A stretch of 64,000 nucleotides of DNA from assembly GCA_049997795.1 (NCBI GenBank), contig JBEKVT010000001.1, positions 4,085 to 68,084 on the forward strand, in the 5' to 3' direction. The number at the start of each line of letters is the position of its first letter. Within the stretch, counting starts at the first letter, position 1. The translations under genes and the position numbers were made by a program. The notes below the pieces were generated by a model. The model was not told the origin of the DNA and made no database searches. It was given only the letters and a program-made list of their open reading frames with translations. This DNA comes from Minisyncoccia bacterium. Its GTDB lineage: Bacteria; Patescibacteriota; Minisyncoccia; Phycocordibacterales; PALSA-1337. Shown here one piece after another: positions 15,101-23,382 of the stretch.

Positions 15101-15298
15101 GCCTCCCATCGACAGCTCGAATTTCTTCTCGGCGTAGTCCTTGACCGGCGAGAATTCCTTGAGGAGGTTCGGCAGGCCCTTCTCGATGAACTCCGTGAAC
15201 GATAGGAGCTGCGACTCGACGAGATGAGGCATCTCGGCGAGCGGTTCCTGATACCGAGAGAAATATCTCTTCGGTCGGATGGCGGCGGTTGTCGGCAT
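12104..15298 (-). CDS. rpoB: DNA-directed RNA polymerase subunit beta
   Basis: 1064 aa. Conserved rpoB blocks are present throughout (GEMEVWAL, ...NMQKQATP... and others). The N-terminus matches the usual R..F.......P.L.E.Q..SF pattern. Confidence 0.93.
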   Translation of the reverse strand: MPTTAAIRPKRYFSRYQEPLAEMPHLVESQLLSFTEFIEKGLPNLLKEFSPVKDYAEKKFELSMGGLELIRPQYDEHRAKENKQNYEGQIKIKVVLKNKALGVVKEQEMFLADLPLMTDHGTFVINGVERVISPQLARSFGIFFTASEVKGKNYFGAKIIPARGVWMEIETDADQTIYCRIDRKRKFPVTSLLRILGADTDQKILDQFKSNPSASKAIELTLAKDHAKTPDEAYIEIHKRLRDGDLATADNARSFIQALLREDRYDLSRVGRFRFNKRFGKPMDEKSLEKRTLSLDDVAVAVAHIITLNTTPDMQGDDIDHLGSRRVRYVGELLEQRVRLGLSQMKRNIQDKMSTIEPDVTLPVSFIYPRPLQARIKEFFTTNQLSQFMAQENVLAELEHLRTLTALGPGGLSRERAGFEVRDVHPSHYGRLCPIHTPEGPNIGLVLRLTTYARINDFGMIETPYAKVKDGAITKEIVYMNALEEENYRIAHAATPRDSSGAISVEDVEVRQNGKPAMADRKEVDYIDVSTNQAFSIATSLIPFLNHDDANRALMGSNMQKQATPCLVPEAPLVATGIEEKAVLDTGRVVVASEDGEITHVDARKIVFSGKKSGKKREYPLVLFQRTNGFTAFHQRPIVSPGDKVKKGDVLADTSTSDRGQIALGHNALVAFMSWAGNNYEDAIILSERVVKNSKWSSIHIEEFVVNVRDTKLGPEVTTYDIPNVGEARLKNLTEEGIVRIGAEVRPGDILVGKISPKGETQLTPEERLLRSIFGEKARDVKDTSKRMENGKRGRVISVKTFSRERGDKLESGIIKKIYIEVAEVRNVSVGDKLAGRHGNKGVISKIMPEEDMPYMEDGTPIDVILTPLGVPSRMNLGQILELHLGLAANSLGYQAIVPPFAGATDAEIKEELKKAGFDPSGKMKLRDGRTGEHFNQAVAVGYMYILKLHHMVEDKIHMRSIGPYSLITQQPLGGKAQGGGQRFGEMEVWALLGHGAAHTLREILTVKSDDIIGRSQTFDAIVKGEPLREPNLPASFNVLLKTLRGLALNVELVNKPRRAALEE

Positions 15299-15357
15299 TA
15301 TTTTGGTGGTGGTGAAAATACGAAACGCCTATCAAATGACCCCTGACGCATCGGAAC

Positions 15358-15396
15358 CGTAAAAACGAAAAAACCGTTTTCGAGCGACGAAAACGG
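15358..15396 (-). terminator. Intrinsic terminator or attenuator in the rpoB leader
   Basis: On the minus strand, a perfect 9-bp stem (CCGTTTTCG/CGAAAACGG, 5-nt loop) is followed immediately by TTTTTTCGTTTTTA. It lies about 60 bp upstream of the rpoB start and downstream of the trmD region. Confidence 0.5.
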
Positions 15397-15612
15397 GACG
15401 GATTTTTGTTTACCGCAAGTTTATATGCACGGGTAGGACCAAATCTCTACCTTTGTAATCCTCCGCCGCAGGCAGGACTCACTCTGCGAAGTTAGAGAGA
15501 GCCTAGCAGAGCCGAGAATAGATGTCAAGTAGATGGCGTGTTTGACAAGATAGGTAAAGTATTTTTAAAAAAGCCGAGCGGTGATGCCCGGCTTGGGAAT
15601 GATGCCCTTTTG

Positions 15613-15906
15613 TCAGTATGTGCCTAGACTCATCTTTCTCAATCGCCCTTGATTTGCTTGGTCCCGGCGGATTTGAGCTTCGACGGATCTTTCGATCCTT
15701 CGGCATTCCCTGGCCCTTTTGGCAGGCGTACCAAAGCATCGATTCAATTCTTCCTGAGTAAGTGGTCGGCCTTCCCTTTCGGCCTGGGTGAATGTTTGCA
15801 GGGCATTAGTGAGCCCGTTTTGCATTGGATCATGGAACATTTGTGCCTCCTGATCAAAGGATACCACAGGAATTGGAAAAGTCACTTCTTCCGTTTCGAT
15901 TTCCAC
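15613..15906 (-). CDS. Hypothetical small protein (97 aa) between trmD and rpoB
   Basis: ORF only. It overlaps the trmD 3' end by about 25 nt. It is not L19 (rplS), which normally follows trmD. Confidence 0.25.
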   Translation of the reverse strand: MEIETEEVTFPIPVVSFDQEAQMFHDPMQNGLTNALQTFTQAEREGRPLTQEELNRCFGTPAKRARECRRIERSVEAQIRRDQANQGRLRKMSLGTY

Positions 15907-16568
15907 TCGTCTATTTTTTTGTGATGTCCTGTTAGTAAGATTCCCGGCACGCGGTACCCCTTTCCTTTGTATTTGAACGACTCCGGCCTGGTATAGACAT
16001 CAGGGCTAGCCACGCGCGATTCTTCGATGGATGAATCGTGACCGAGCGCGCCGGGCAAGCGCCTGGTGATCGCGTCGATCAAAATCATGGCTGGCAATTC
16101 CCCGCCGGTCAGAGTGTACGGGCCGACGGAAATATCGATCATCGGGAATATTTTTTTCACACGGGCATCGATACCCTCATAACGGCCGCAGATCAAGACG
16201 ATGTCCGTGAATCTTTTCAACGAATCGGCCGTCAAATTAGTCATCTGCTTCCCGACCGGGCTGAAGAATATGGTCTTCGTCTTTTTGCGTCCGGCGGCGT
16301 TTTTCAATTTCTTGCCGACAGCTTTCTCAATCGCCTTCACCACAGGCAAGGCTTCGATGACCATACCTGGACCGCCGCCGTACGGCCGGTTGTCGACGCG
16401 CCGGTCGGCATAGGTCGGCTTCTTCCCTCTTCTGGCGACGACAAAATCCCGCGGGTTGTAATACCTTATCGCGATAAGCTTCTCTTTCCTGGCTCGTTTG
16501 ACGATAGAGGCATCGAGATACGACTCTAGGCTTTCCGGGAATAGAGTTATGACATGGAAGGTGATCAT
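15882..16568 (-). CDS. trmD: tRNA (guanine37-N1)-methyltransferase
   Basis: 228 aa SPOUT-fold protein. The start MITFHVITLFPE and later ...GRYEGIDAR, ...GGGPGMV are typical TrmD motifs. Confidence 0.85.
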   Translation of the reverse strand: MITFHVITLFPESLESYLDASIVKRARKEKLIAIRYYNPRDFVVARRGKKPTYADRRVDNRPYGGGPGMVIEALPVVKAIEKAVGKKLKNAAGRKKTKTIFFSPVGKQMTNLTADSLKRFTDIVLICGRYEGIDARVKKIFPMIDISVGPYTLTGGELPAMILIDAITRRLPGALGHDSSIEESRVASPDVYTRPESFKYKGKGYRVPGILLTGHHKKIDEWKSKRKK

Positions 16569-16590
16569 GCTAGCAATCTAGCATAACCGT

Positions 16591-17049
16591 CTAGATTCTT
16601 CGAACCGGCAATCGGATAGCTGGGGCGGAGCTGGGCGGAGCTTTCATGTCCACCTTATTAAGGAAATAACGGTCGAGAGACCAGATGTCCGGACCGGCGA
16701 GAAAGACCGAGAAGGTGGCGATCGAAAGGCCGAGGTCGCGGACGCCCAGAGGCGAGATGCCGATCGTGCCGGCGATGCCGAAAAGGTGGGCGGCCAAAAG
16801 CAATGAGACCGTCCTGACCTGGAAGCCGGCGATGAGCATGAGACCGGCTACGAGCTCGAACCAGGCGTTCAAGAGGACAAGCATCGTCGCATTGCCGCCC
16901 AAAAGACCGGAGACGGATTGAGGCACAAAGCTCGTCCACATCGACGGGTTGCGGAATTGATAGTAGCTGAAACAGACGAAGACAAGTCCCATGCCGAGGC
17001 GGAGTATGACGGCGCCGTATGGCTGGATTTTTGAAAAGAGATTAGTCAT
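16591..17049 (-). CDS. DoxX-family membrane protein
   Basis: About 4 TM helices, from a likely start MTNLFSK. The track ORF is extended upstream to 17112. Confidence 0.55.
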   Translation of the reverse strand: MTNLFSKIQPYGAVILRLGMGLVFVCFSYYQFRNPSMWTSFVPQSVSGLLGGNATMLVLLNAWFELVAGLMLIAGFQVRTVSLLLAAHLFGIAGTIGISPLGVRDLGLSIATFSVFLAGPDIWSLDRYFLNKVDMKAPPSSAPAIRLPVRRI

Positions 17050-17617
17050 CGTTGTAAGCGCGATTCGATCCGGTCCTGCCTGTCGGAACGCTCGGAGCTG
17101 CGGCACTGGCATTGCCGGATGATGAAGCGGATGAAGAAGCGCTCGACAGATCGCCGATATAGAAAGCCGCCAGTTCGTTGGCCGGCCGGGACTGGCCGCC
17201 GTGCTGGTTGTTGAACGCCGCCGAGCCGTCTATGCCGCAGATGCTCAAAATCGCCTGCTGGCCGCCGGGATGCTGGCCGATCCAATTAGTCAGGTCGTAT
17301 ACCTTGCTGTTTATGGCCGTCCAACAGCTTGAAGCGCTATTATGTTTGGCCACGTCAGCCATGGTATAGCCAGATGATTGCGTCTTAGCGTTCGAGCCGG
17401 AGCCTGGACTTGAGTTTAAGCCGGAACTTGAACCAGATTTTGAACCTGACGTTGGGACCGGTGCGGTCTTGCTTGGAGCCGAGGTGGAACTATCCGAACC
17501 CGACGGATTCTGAACGAGCGATTGAGACACCGGCGGCGCATTCTTGGCCGACAAGGCTATGATGGAAGCACCGACCAGAAAGACGGCGCAGATAGCGAGG
17601 GTGATCTTCGTTCTCAT
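17042..17617 (-). CDS. Secreted Ser-rich protein with a C-terminal cytochrome b5-like heme-binding domain
   Basis: N-terminal signal/TM segment, an S/G/T-rich linker, then ...HNSASSCWTAINSKVYDLTNWIGQHPGG... The HPGG motif is the b5 signature. Confidence 0.65.
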   Translation of the reverse strand: MRTKITLAICAVFLVGASIIALSAKNAPPVSQSLVQNPSGSDSSTSAPSKTAPVPTSGSKSGSSSGLNSSPGSGSNAKTQSSGYTMADVAKHNSASSCWTAINSKVYDLTNWIGQHPGGQQAILSICGIDGSAAFNNQHGGQSRPANELAAFYIGDLSSASSSASSSGNASAAAPSVPTGRTGSNRAYNDD

Positions 17618-17720
17618 TTTGGGTAATCAATATACTAGCACGGCCTGTTTGGCGGTGCAGTATGCAAAAGGCCGGACTCTCGTCCAGCCTTTTGTTTTAA
17701 ATGAGATCAGTGGATCGATG

Positions 17721-18077
17721 TTATCCCAGCTTCAGGTCCGCCATGGCCTCATCGACAGTCTTCGAGGCGGAAGAAGCGGATGACGGAGCGGGAGCGGCTT
17801 CGGCAGCCATGTGCTCGGCCGAACGGAGGCCGCCGACCGGCTCATTGATCTTCAGATTGACGCGGGAATTGTTCTTCATGCCGACGACCCGGAGAAGGGT
17901 GCGGATGGATTTGGCGGTATTGCCCTGCCGGCCGATGATCTTGCCCATGTCGGCGGCGGCGATATCGAGAGTGAGCAAGACGCCCATCTCGTCGACGGAA
18001 CGGGTGACCTTGACCTGGTCGGGATTGTCAACCAACGCCTTTATAAGGTACTCGAGGAATTGCTGATCTGCTTGCAT
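17721..18077 (-). CDS. khpA: KH-domain RNA-binding protein (KhpA/YlqC-like)
   Basis: 118 aa with the GKIIGRQGNTAKSIR KH motif. It sits between rpsP and trmD, as in the rpsP-khpA-rimM-trmD operon, although no rimM is present here. Confidence 0.75.
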   Translation of the reverse strand: MQADQQFLEYLIKALVDNPDQVKVTRSVDEMGVLLTLDIAAADMGKIIGRQGNTAKSIRTLLRVVGMKNNSRVNLKINEPVGGLRSAEHMAAEAAPAPSSASSASKTVDEAMADLKLG

Positions 18078-18185
18078 GTTCGCGTAAGGTTAATTCTTAA
18101 GGTCGTACAGAGGAACGACGCTGTACTGCCCGGCATTGTAGCAGATGGGCGCCGACCGTCAATGACGCGGTCTTGGATCGTTGGA

Positions 18186-18593
18186 TTATTTGGCGGTCGG
18201 GGCTTTCGGAACGGCGGGAGCAGCCGGAGCCTCTGGGACAGGAGGAGTAACGGGTGATTCAAGCTTAGCCGGAGAAGCCTCTTCTTTTTTCTTGGCCTCT
18301 TCCTTCTTCTTGACCGGAGACTTCTTCGGCAGGGCATTCCGCTTCTTGCCTTCGATGACCTTCTGGTTGACGAGGAAATTGTGGAGGGTGAGCGATAGCT
18401 TGGCGCCGTGGGACATCCAATGCTTGATCCGCTCGACGTCGAGTTGGTCGACGTCGTTCTTCAGGCGGGTGTCGTACCAGCCGAGGTTCTCGAGGTATTT
18501 GCCGCTCTTCGGCCCATTCTTGGAATCGGTCAAGACGACCCTGAAAGTGGGCTCGTGCTTGCGGCCGACGCGCTGCAATCTGATCATCAACAT
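18186..18593 (-). CDS. rpsP: 30S ribosomal protein S16 with a ~50-aa Lys/Glu/Pro/Ala-rich C-terminal extension
   Basis: Starts MLMIRLQRVGRKHEPTFRVVLTDS at the ATG at 18593; the track ORF is extended upstream. The C-terminal tail is KKSPVKKKEEAKKKEEASPAKLESPVTPPVPEAPAAPAVPKAPTAK. Confidence 0.85.
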   Translation of the reverse strand: MLMIRLQRVGRKHEPTFRVVLTDSKNGPKSGKYLENLGWYDTRLKNDVDQLDVERIKHWMSHGAKLSLTLHNFLVNQKVIEGKKRNALPKKSPVKKKEEAKKKEEASPAKLESPVTPPVPEAPAAPAVPKAPTAK

Positions 18594-18648
18594 GGGTCGC
18601 AATGTACCAGATTGCGGCCCGAAACGCAACTTTGCTATACTTGCGCGC

Positions 18649-19338
18649 ATGAAGATACTCGTCGTCGAAGACGATACGAACACGGCCGAGATGGTCAAGA
18701 ACAGCTTGACCGCCTGTTCGCACACCGTTGACGTCTCCCATGACGGTGCCGACGGCTCTTTTCTTGCGAGGAGCTACGACTACGACGCCGTCATCCTGGA
18801 CTATGCCCTGCCGAAGAAGGATGGTCTGGCCGTCTGTCGGGAAGTGAGAGCCGCCGGCAAGACCACGCCGATCATCTTCCTGTCCGTGACGGACGACCCG
18901 GGGATGAAGGTGGCGGCTCTGAAGCAGGGAGCCGACGACTATGTCACCAAGCCGTTCTCGCTCGACGAGCTTCGGGCGCGCCTAGATGCCGTGGCCAGGC
19001 GGTCGCCGGAAATCAAATCATCGGTGCTTGCGGTGGCCGACCTCGCCCTGGATCCGGACCTGAACGCCGTCCGCCGGGGCAAGAGGCAGATCCATCTGAC
19101 CCGGAAGGAATTCCATATGCTCCAATATCTCATGAGGAACGCCGGGGTAGTGCTGTCTCGCGCCCAGCTCATGGAGCATGTCTGGACGGCCGACGGCAAC
19201 CCGTTCTCCAACACCGTGGAGGCCCACATCCGCAACCTGCGCAAGAAGCTGAACGCCGGCAGGGCGCCGAATCTGATCGCCAATGTGCCCGGCCGGGGAT
19301 ACGTCATAGATACGCCGAAGCGCCTGGCCACTATTTAA
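18649..19338 (+). CDS. OmpR/PhoB-family response regulator (REC + winged-helix)
   Basis: Starts MKILVVEDD at 18649. The phospho-acceptor D is in AVILDYALPKKDG. The C-terminal wHTH reads ...LTRKEFHMLQYLM...GYVI. The track ORF has a spurious 156-aa N-terminal extension. Confidence 0.85.
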   Translation: MKILVVEDDTNTAEMVKNSLTACSHTVDVSHDGADGSFLARSYDYDAVILDYALPKKDGLAVCREVRAAGKTTPIIFLSVTDDPGMKVAALKQGADDYVTKPFSLDELRARLDAVARRSPEIKSSVLAVADLALDPDLNAVRRGKRQIHLTRKEFHMLQYLMRNAGVVLSRAQLMEHVWTADGNPFSNTVEAHIRNLRKKLNAGRAPNLIANVPGRGYVIDTPKRLATI

Positions 19339-19524
19339 TCGGGGACGACGAGCTTTTCGGCCTTTCTTCATCATTCTTTGAACTTTTCTTCATGGGGATT
19401 TGAACGGAAATTCACCGGGATTTTAAGGCTGTTCCGTTAGGCTTGAAGAAGCCATGAGTCGACGTGGCCTTTACTAGCTAACGCGTGGTGATCACGACGC
19501 GGACATCTTCCCGTGTTCCGCGCA

Positions 19525-19580
19525 AGGCAAAAATAGGAAGCCGCCCGCGCCTCGGCAGATGCGCGCGGACGGCAAGCCTA
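19525..19580. terminator. Convergent (bidirectional) GC-rich hairpin terminator between the response regulator and the Cas4-like gene
   Basis: An imperfect GCCGCCCGCGC...GCGCGCGGACGGC stem has a T-rich run on the minus strand (TATTTTTGCC). It lies between two convergent genes. Confidence 0.35.
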
Positions 19581-20345
19581 TTTCTTCCCTTTCCGCTGGA
19601 CGTCCCTGGCGGCCTTGCGATAATCGCAGTAATCGCAGCCGGCGGCGGGTCCCGGCGCAGTATCGCTCATGAGACAAGTCTTGAGTTTGGTCAGGGTTTC
19701 CTCCACCCATGAATCATCGCCGTCGTGCGGGAGAAGATCCACGTCGAATTCAAGCTTGCCGTCGAAGGCCTTTCGATCGGTCTTGCCGTTGCAATAGACG
19801 AAATAGCCGGTCTTCGAGACTTTGAAGCCGTTCCGCCTGAGGAGCCATTGGTAGACTTCCATCTGCCGCTTGTAACCGATCTGCCATTCCTTGTCGAGCG
19901 AGACCTTCTCTTCCTTCGAGGTCGATTTATAATCGACGACGATTAGCTCTCTCTTCTCGTTGACCCAAATGTCGTCGACGGCGCCGGTCACGAGGAGATT
20001 GGTCGGCTCATGCAGGTACTGCACGCCCTTGAAGGTGTCGCGCCAGATGTCGATCTTCTCGTGCTGAAAAGGCACGACGTCTTTCAGGCCGTATGCTTCC
20101 ATGAGCGGGTGAGCCGATCCGGCAGCACGATGGATATCGAATTCCTTCTTCAAGAGAGCGTCAACGGCAGAGTTCAGGGCGAACGGGAAGCCAGGCGGCC
20201 TGGCTACGCCCATCCGGCGGTCCAAGTAGAAGCATAATGAACAATTCAGGAAAAGGTCTATCTTCGAGCGGCTGACTTTGAACGGCTCGGCGCTTTTCGG
20301 GTCGAAGAGGTTCCTGGTACGGCGGGAGTTGTAATAGTCAGACAT
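19578..20345 (-). CDS. PD-(D/E)XK (RecB/Cas4-like) nuclease with a predicted 4-Cys cluster
   Basis: 255 aa. Motifs are ...LIVVDYKST (D-x-K) and RQMEVYQWL (the QxxxY RecB-family motif III). An N-terminal C-x2-C (NCSLCFY) and a C-terminal C-x2-C (CDYCDY) match the Cas4 Fe-S arrangement. No cas genes or CRISPR array are in the window. Confidence 0.55.
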   Translation of the reverse strand: MSDYYNSRRTRNLFDPKSAEPFKVSRSKIDLFLNCSLCFYLDRRMGVARPPGFPFALNSAVDALLKKEFDIHRAAGSAHPLMEAYGLKDVVPFQHEKIDIWRDTFKGVQYLHEPTNLLVTGAVDDIWVNEKRELIVVDYKSTSKEEKVSLDKEWQIGYKRQMEVYQWLLRRNGFKVSKTGYFVYCNGKTDRKAFDGKLEFDVDLLPHDGDDSWVEETLTKLKTCLMSDTAPGPAAGCDYCDYRKAARDVQRKGKK

Positions 20346-20423
20346 GGGCTCATATTACCACACACTACAAAAATAACCCGCGCTACAGGATACGCGGGCG
20401 GCGGATGCGCGGGCGGGGCCGGG

Positions 20424-20672
20424 TCATCGCCTTTCCTCGGCAAGGATCCTCTCTTTTAGTTTCCTGCCCCTATTCCATCCTCCGGCCGTGCCGTCGCTCC
20501 GGATCACCCGGTGGCACGGGATCTTCTGATCATAATTCGCATTCAAGACGTTCCCCACCGCCCTATAGGCTCGCGGCAGGCCGGCTTTTTCGGCGACCTC
20601 TTTATAGGACATGGTCCGGCCCTTGGGGATGCGCCGGACGATCGAGAAGACCTTTTCTTTGAACGGCATCAC
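20424..20672 (-). CDS. MGMT-family protein (methylated-DNA--protein-cysteine methyltransferase DNA-binding domain only)
   Basis: 82 aa with ...YRAVGNVLNANYDQKIPCHRVIRSDG..., which includes the PCHRV active-site motif. Confidence 0.8.
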   Translation of the reverse strand: MMPFKEKVFSIVRRIPKGRTMSYKEVAEKAGLPRAYRAVGNVLNANYDQKIPCHRVIRSDGTAGGWNRGRKLKERILAEERR

Positions 20673-21346
20673 TTGGCGGGAGCTACGGTCACAGATTGCA
20701 TGGTGACCGGCGCAAGCGGCCTGTCATTCGCGTCCACGGCCACGGCGGCGATCGCATTCACGACATCCATGCCGGATATGACCTTGCCGAAGATGGTGTA
20801 GTTATGCTGGAGAGGCGCATTCCCCTGCATGATGAAGAACTGGCTGCCGTTGGTGTTGGGGCCGGAGTTGGCCATGGCGACCGTGCCGGGAACATAGCCG
20901 GCCTGGTATGACGGCGTGTTCGGATCAAGCTCATCGGCGAATTGGTAACCAGGTCCGCCGCTGCCCACCCCCGTCGGGTCGCCGCCCTGGATCATGAAGC
21001 CGTTTATCACCCGGTGGAATACGAGGCCATTATAGAAGCCTTTGTCGGCGAGAGTGATGAAATTCTTGACGGCATTGGGCGCGTCGGCATCATAGGTCTC
21101 GAAGACTATCGTGCCCTTGGAAGTCTGGATGGTGACTGTATGCATGAAATTTTTGACTGATGATTGATTATTAGTGGTAGCGGAAGCCGCTGGGGTCGGA
21201 CCGGACGGCGCCGTAGGAGCCGCCGACGACGGACCCGCCTCCGATGCGAGCGGAGCCTGGGTATAGCGATGGTCCAAGAAGAACCAGGCGATCCCGATGA
21301 CGATGATGGCGGCGATGATTGCGATCCAACGCGATCTTGTGCTCAT
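20669..21346 (-). CDS. Cyclophilin-type peptidyl-prolyl cis-trans isomerase, membrane-anchored
   Basis: N-terminal TM, then FHRVINGFMIQGGDPTGVGSGGPGYQFADE and other cyclophilin core motifs. Confidence 0.85.
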   Translation of the reverse strand: MSTRSRWIAIIAAIIVIGIAWFFLDHRYTQAPLASEAGPSSAAPTAPSGPTPAASATTNNQSSVKNFMHTVTIQTSKGTIVFETYDADAPNAVKNFITLADKGFYNGLVFHRVINGFMIQGGDPTGVGSGGPGYQFADELDPNTPSYQAGYVPGTVAMANSGPNTNGSQFFIMQGNAPLQHNYTIFGKVISGMDVVNAIAAVAVDANDRPLAPVTMQSVTVAPAK

Positions 21347-21349
21347 GGG

Positions 21350-22366
21350 TTAGAGATTATACAGCTCTTTGGCTTTGGCGACCACCAACCTTTTGGCCTC
21401 TTCAAGGGGCATGCTCAAGATGGCGCCCGAGGCGGCCCCGTGTCCTCCGCCACCGAGGGCTGTCGCCAGCTTGGAGACATCATACTTATTCTCGTCGGCC
21501 GAGCGGAAGCTGAACTTGACCTTGTTCGGCTCTATCTCCACCCCGCAACCGGTTATCACCCATTGCGGCACAGTCATAAGAAGGCTCGATATCTCGCTCG
21601 TGAAGATGTCGTCGGCAGTCAGGGCGTTCTCTTTCAGGACAGCGTGGGGAACGAATGTTAAGGCGGCCTTGCCGCCAACTGCTTCGACGCCGCCTAGAGC
21701 CGCTGACGCGAATTTCATGAAGCCCGGGGTGTTCAGGTTTTCCATTTTTCTGATAAGTCTCGGTATGTCGTCAATGAGCCTGGATAATACCGTCATGATC
21801 TCGTACGTATGAGCCGTCACACCTTCATATTTCAGGCCGCCGGTATCGGAGTAGGTCGCGACGAACAGGTCTGCTGCGATGTCCGGAGTGATCTCTATGC
21901 CCCATTCGCCGAACAGGTCGAAAAGCACCTGGCCGGTAGCGGGGTACGACGGCTCTACAAGGTTTATAGAGCCATAGTTCGGATTCGTGGGATGATGGTC
22001 AATATTCACGACCTTCAGCCATTCCGGGAACGCCACTTTCCCGCGCCGCGAGATTAGGCCGAGGTCCGCGCTGTCCAAAGAGATGAAAAGATCGAAGTCT
22101 TTGAGGTCAGCCTCGAAGAAATTCTTCTGCACGATGCCTTCCGCCCCCGGAAAATGCATGAAGGCTTGGGGCATGTTCGAGTCGCCCCTTATGACCGTGG
22201 CCTTCTTGCCGAGCCCTTCCAGGGCGAGCTTCATGGCCAGGGCCGAGCCGACGGAATCCGGATCAGGCGCCGGATGGCAATGCAGGAGGATGGATTTGGC
22301 CTTCTTGATCTCAGCCAAGATGAGCGGGGCTTTTTCCTTTATGATCGGCGAGATTCCTTGCGTCAT
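21350..22366 (-). CDS. DHH-family phosphoesterase (NrnA-like oligoribonuclease/pAp phosphatase)
   Basis: 338 aa with ...LLHCHPAPDPDSVGSALA..., NIDHHPTN (the DHH motif) and a C-terminal DHHA1-like GGGH. Confidence 0.8.
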   Translation of the reverse strand: MTQGISPIIKEKAPLILAEIKKAKSILLHCHPAPDPDSVGSALAMKLALEGLGKKATVIRGDSNMPQAFMHFPGAEGIVQKNFFEADLKDFDLFISLDSADLGLISRRGKVAFPEWLKVVNIDHHPTNPNYGSINLVEPSYPATGQVLFDLFGEWGIEITPDIAADLFVATYSDTGGLKYEGVTAHTYEIMTVLSRLIDDIPRLIRKMENLNTPGFMKFASAALGGVEAVGGKAALTFVPHAVLKENALTADDIFTSEISSLLMTVPQWVITGCGVEIEPNKVKFSFRSADENKYDVSKLATALGGGGHGAASGAILSMPLEEAKRLVVAKAKELYNL

Positions 22367-22448
22367 GCGTTGATATTATCACGAAGACGGAGAAGGCCGC
22401 CAATCTCTGGCGGCCTTCTCTACGACGGATCCTCCTTCTTGGTTCTAG

Positions 22449-22709
22449 CTATTCTCTGATGACCTTGAGCTTCTCCTCGTATTCTTTTTGCTGGATCTCA
22501 CCCTTGACGAACCGCTCTTTCAAGAGCTCCTCGGCCGAGCCTCCGCGCCACGAGCGCCAACCGGAGCCGTGCCTGACGCGCCTCAAGATCCTCACCATGA
22601 TCAAGATGACTATGACGAGGACGAATACGCCGACTATGCTGCCGATCACATGGAACGGCCAGAAGTCTCCGCAGTAGTTCCCGTAGTTGCCGTAATATCC
22701 GTACATCAT
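22449..22709 (-). CDS. SHOCT-domain small membrane protein
   Basis: An N-terminal TM is followed by ...AEELLKERFVKGEIQQKEYEEKLKVI, which matches the SHOCT (short C-terminal) domain. Confidence 0.55.
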   Translation of the reverse strand: MMYGYYGNYGNYCGDFWPFHVIGSIVGVFVLVIVILIMVRILRRVRHGSGWRSWRGGSAEELLKERFVKGEIQQKEYEEKLKVIRE

Positions 22710-22784
22710 GATATTTAGATAGTTAAAGCTAAACGATAATGGCTAATTATATCATACGCCTCAGGTCCTTTTCCCGTTGCGCGC

Positions 22785-23315
22785 CTAGTGGAAAGTCACG
22801 GCCATCTCTATCGATGCGTCTTTGGAGGCCATGCCGGAAGGATTGTCTTTCTTCAGGATGAGCACCCCCATGCTGCCGGACTTCTGGCGCGGGAATGAAA
22901 GGTGGGCTAGGAATGGCACGAAGCTGGTCGTCTCCCAATCGCTCATGGCTTCCGCCGGAACCTGCGCCAGGATCTTGCCGCTCCAATCGGTCAGGATGAC
23001 CGGGAAGCTGGCCTCGAAATACCATGTGCCGACGGCCGTGCCGCTTATCGTGAGCGGCGAATCGATATCAGTGTGGACTTGGGGAGTGTTGACCTTGATG
23101 AGAGAGGCCGTGGTGGAAGCCGGAGAGTAATAGACGACAGGACCGTTGGTTTCGAGGTGGGTCTTATAATAACCGGCTGTGGTTCCGAAAACGCCACCGG
23201 TCGGAGTGCCGGCCGGGGCTTGATTCCCTGCTGGCTGCCTGCTTCCGTATATGAGAACGGCGACGATGACTAGGATGACCGCAACTGCCGCGTACGCGTA
23301 ATATTTAGTTTTCAT
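22785..23315 (-). CDS. Secreted hypothetical protein (signal peptide/TM anchor; possibly an Ig-like fold)
   Basis: 176 aa. The N-terminus MKTKYYAYAAVAVILVIVAVLIYG is hydrophobic. I recognise no enzymatic motif. Confidence 0.45.
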   Translation of the reverse strand: MKTKYYAYAAVAVILVIVAVLIYGSRQPAGNQAPAGTPTGGVFGTTAGYYKTHLETNGPVVYYSPASTTASLIKVNTPQVHTDIDSPLTISGTAVGTWYFEASFPVILTDWSGKILAQVPAEAMSDWETTSFVPFLAHLSFPRQKSGSMGVLILKKDNPSGMASKDASIEMAVTFH

Positions 23316-23382
23316 GGAGGACTGTCGATTAATCTAGATAAGGGACCTGCACATAGTACCACGAATGTGGTATATTTTCGTC

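Noticed and set aside
15541-15575. Plus-strand TTGACA...TATTTTTAAAAAA promoter-like sequence in the trmD-rpoB spacer
   Set aside because: No plus-strand gene lies downstream of it. It is probably a chance match in an AT-richer leader, or it belongs to an antisense or sRNA transcript that I cannot support.
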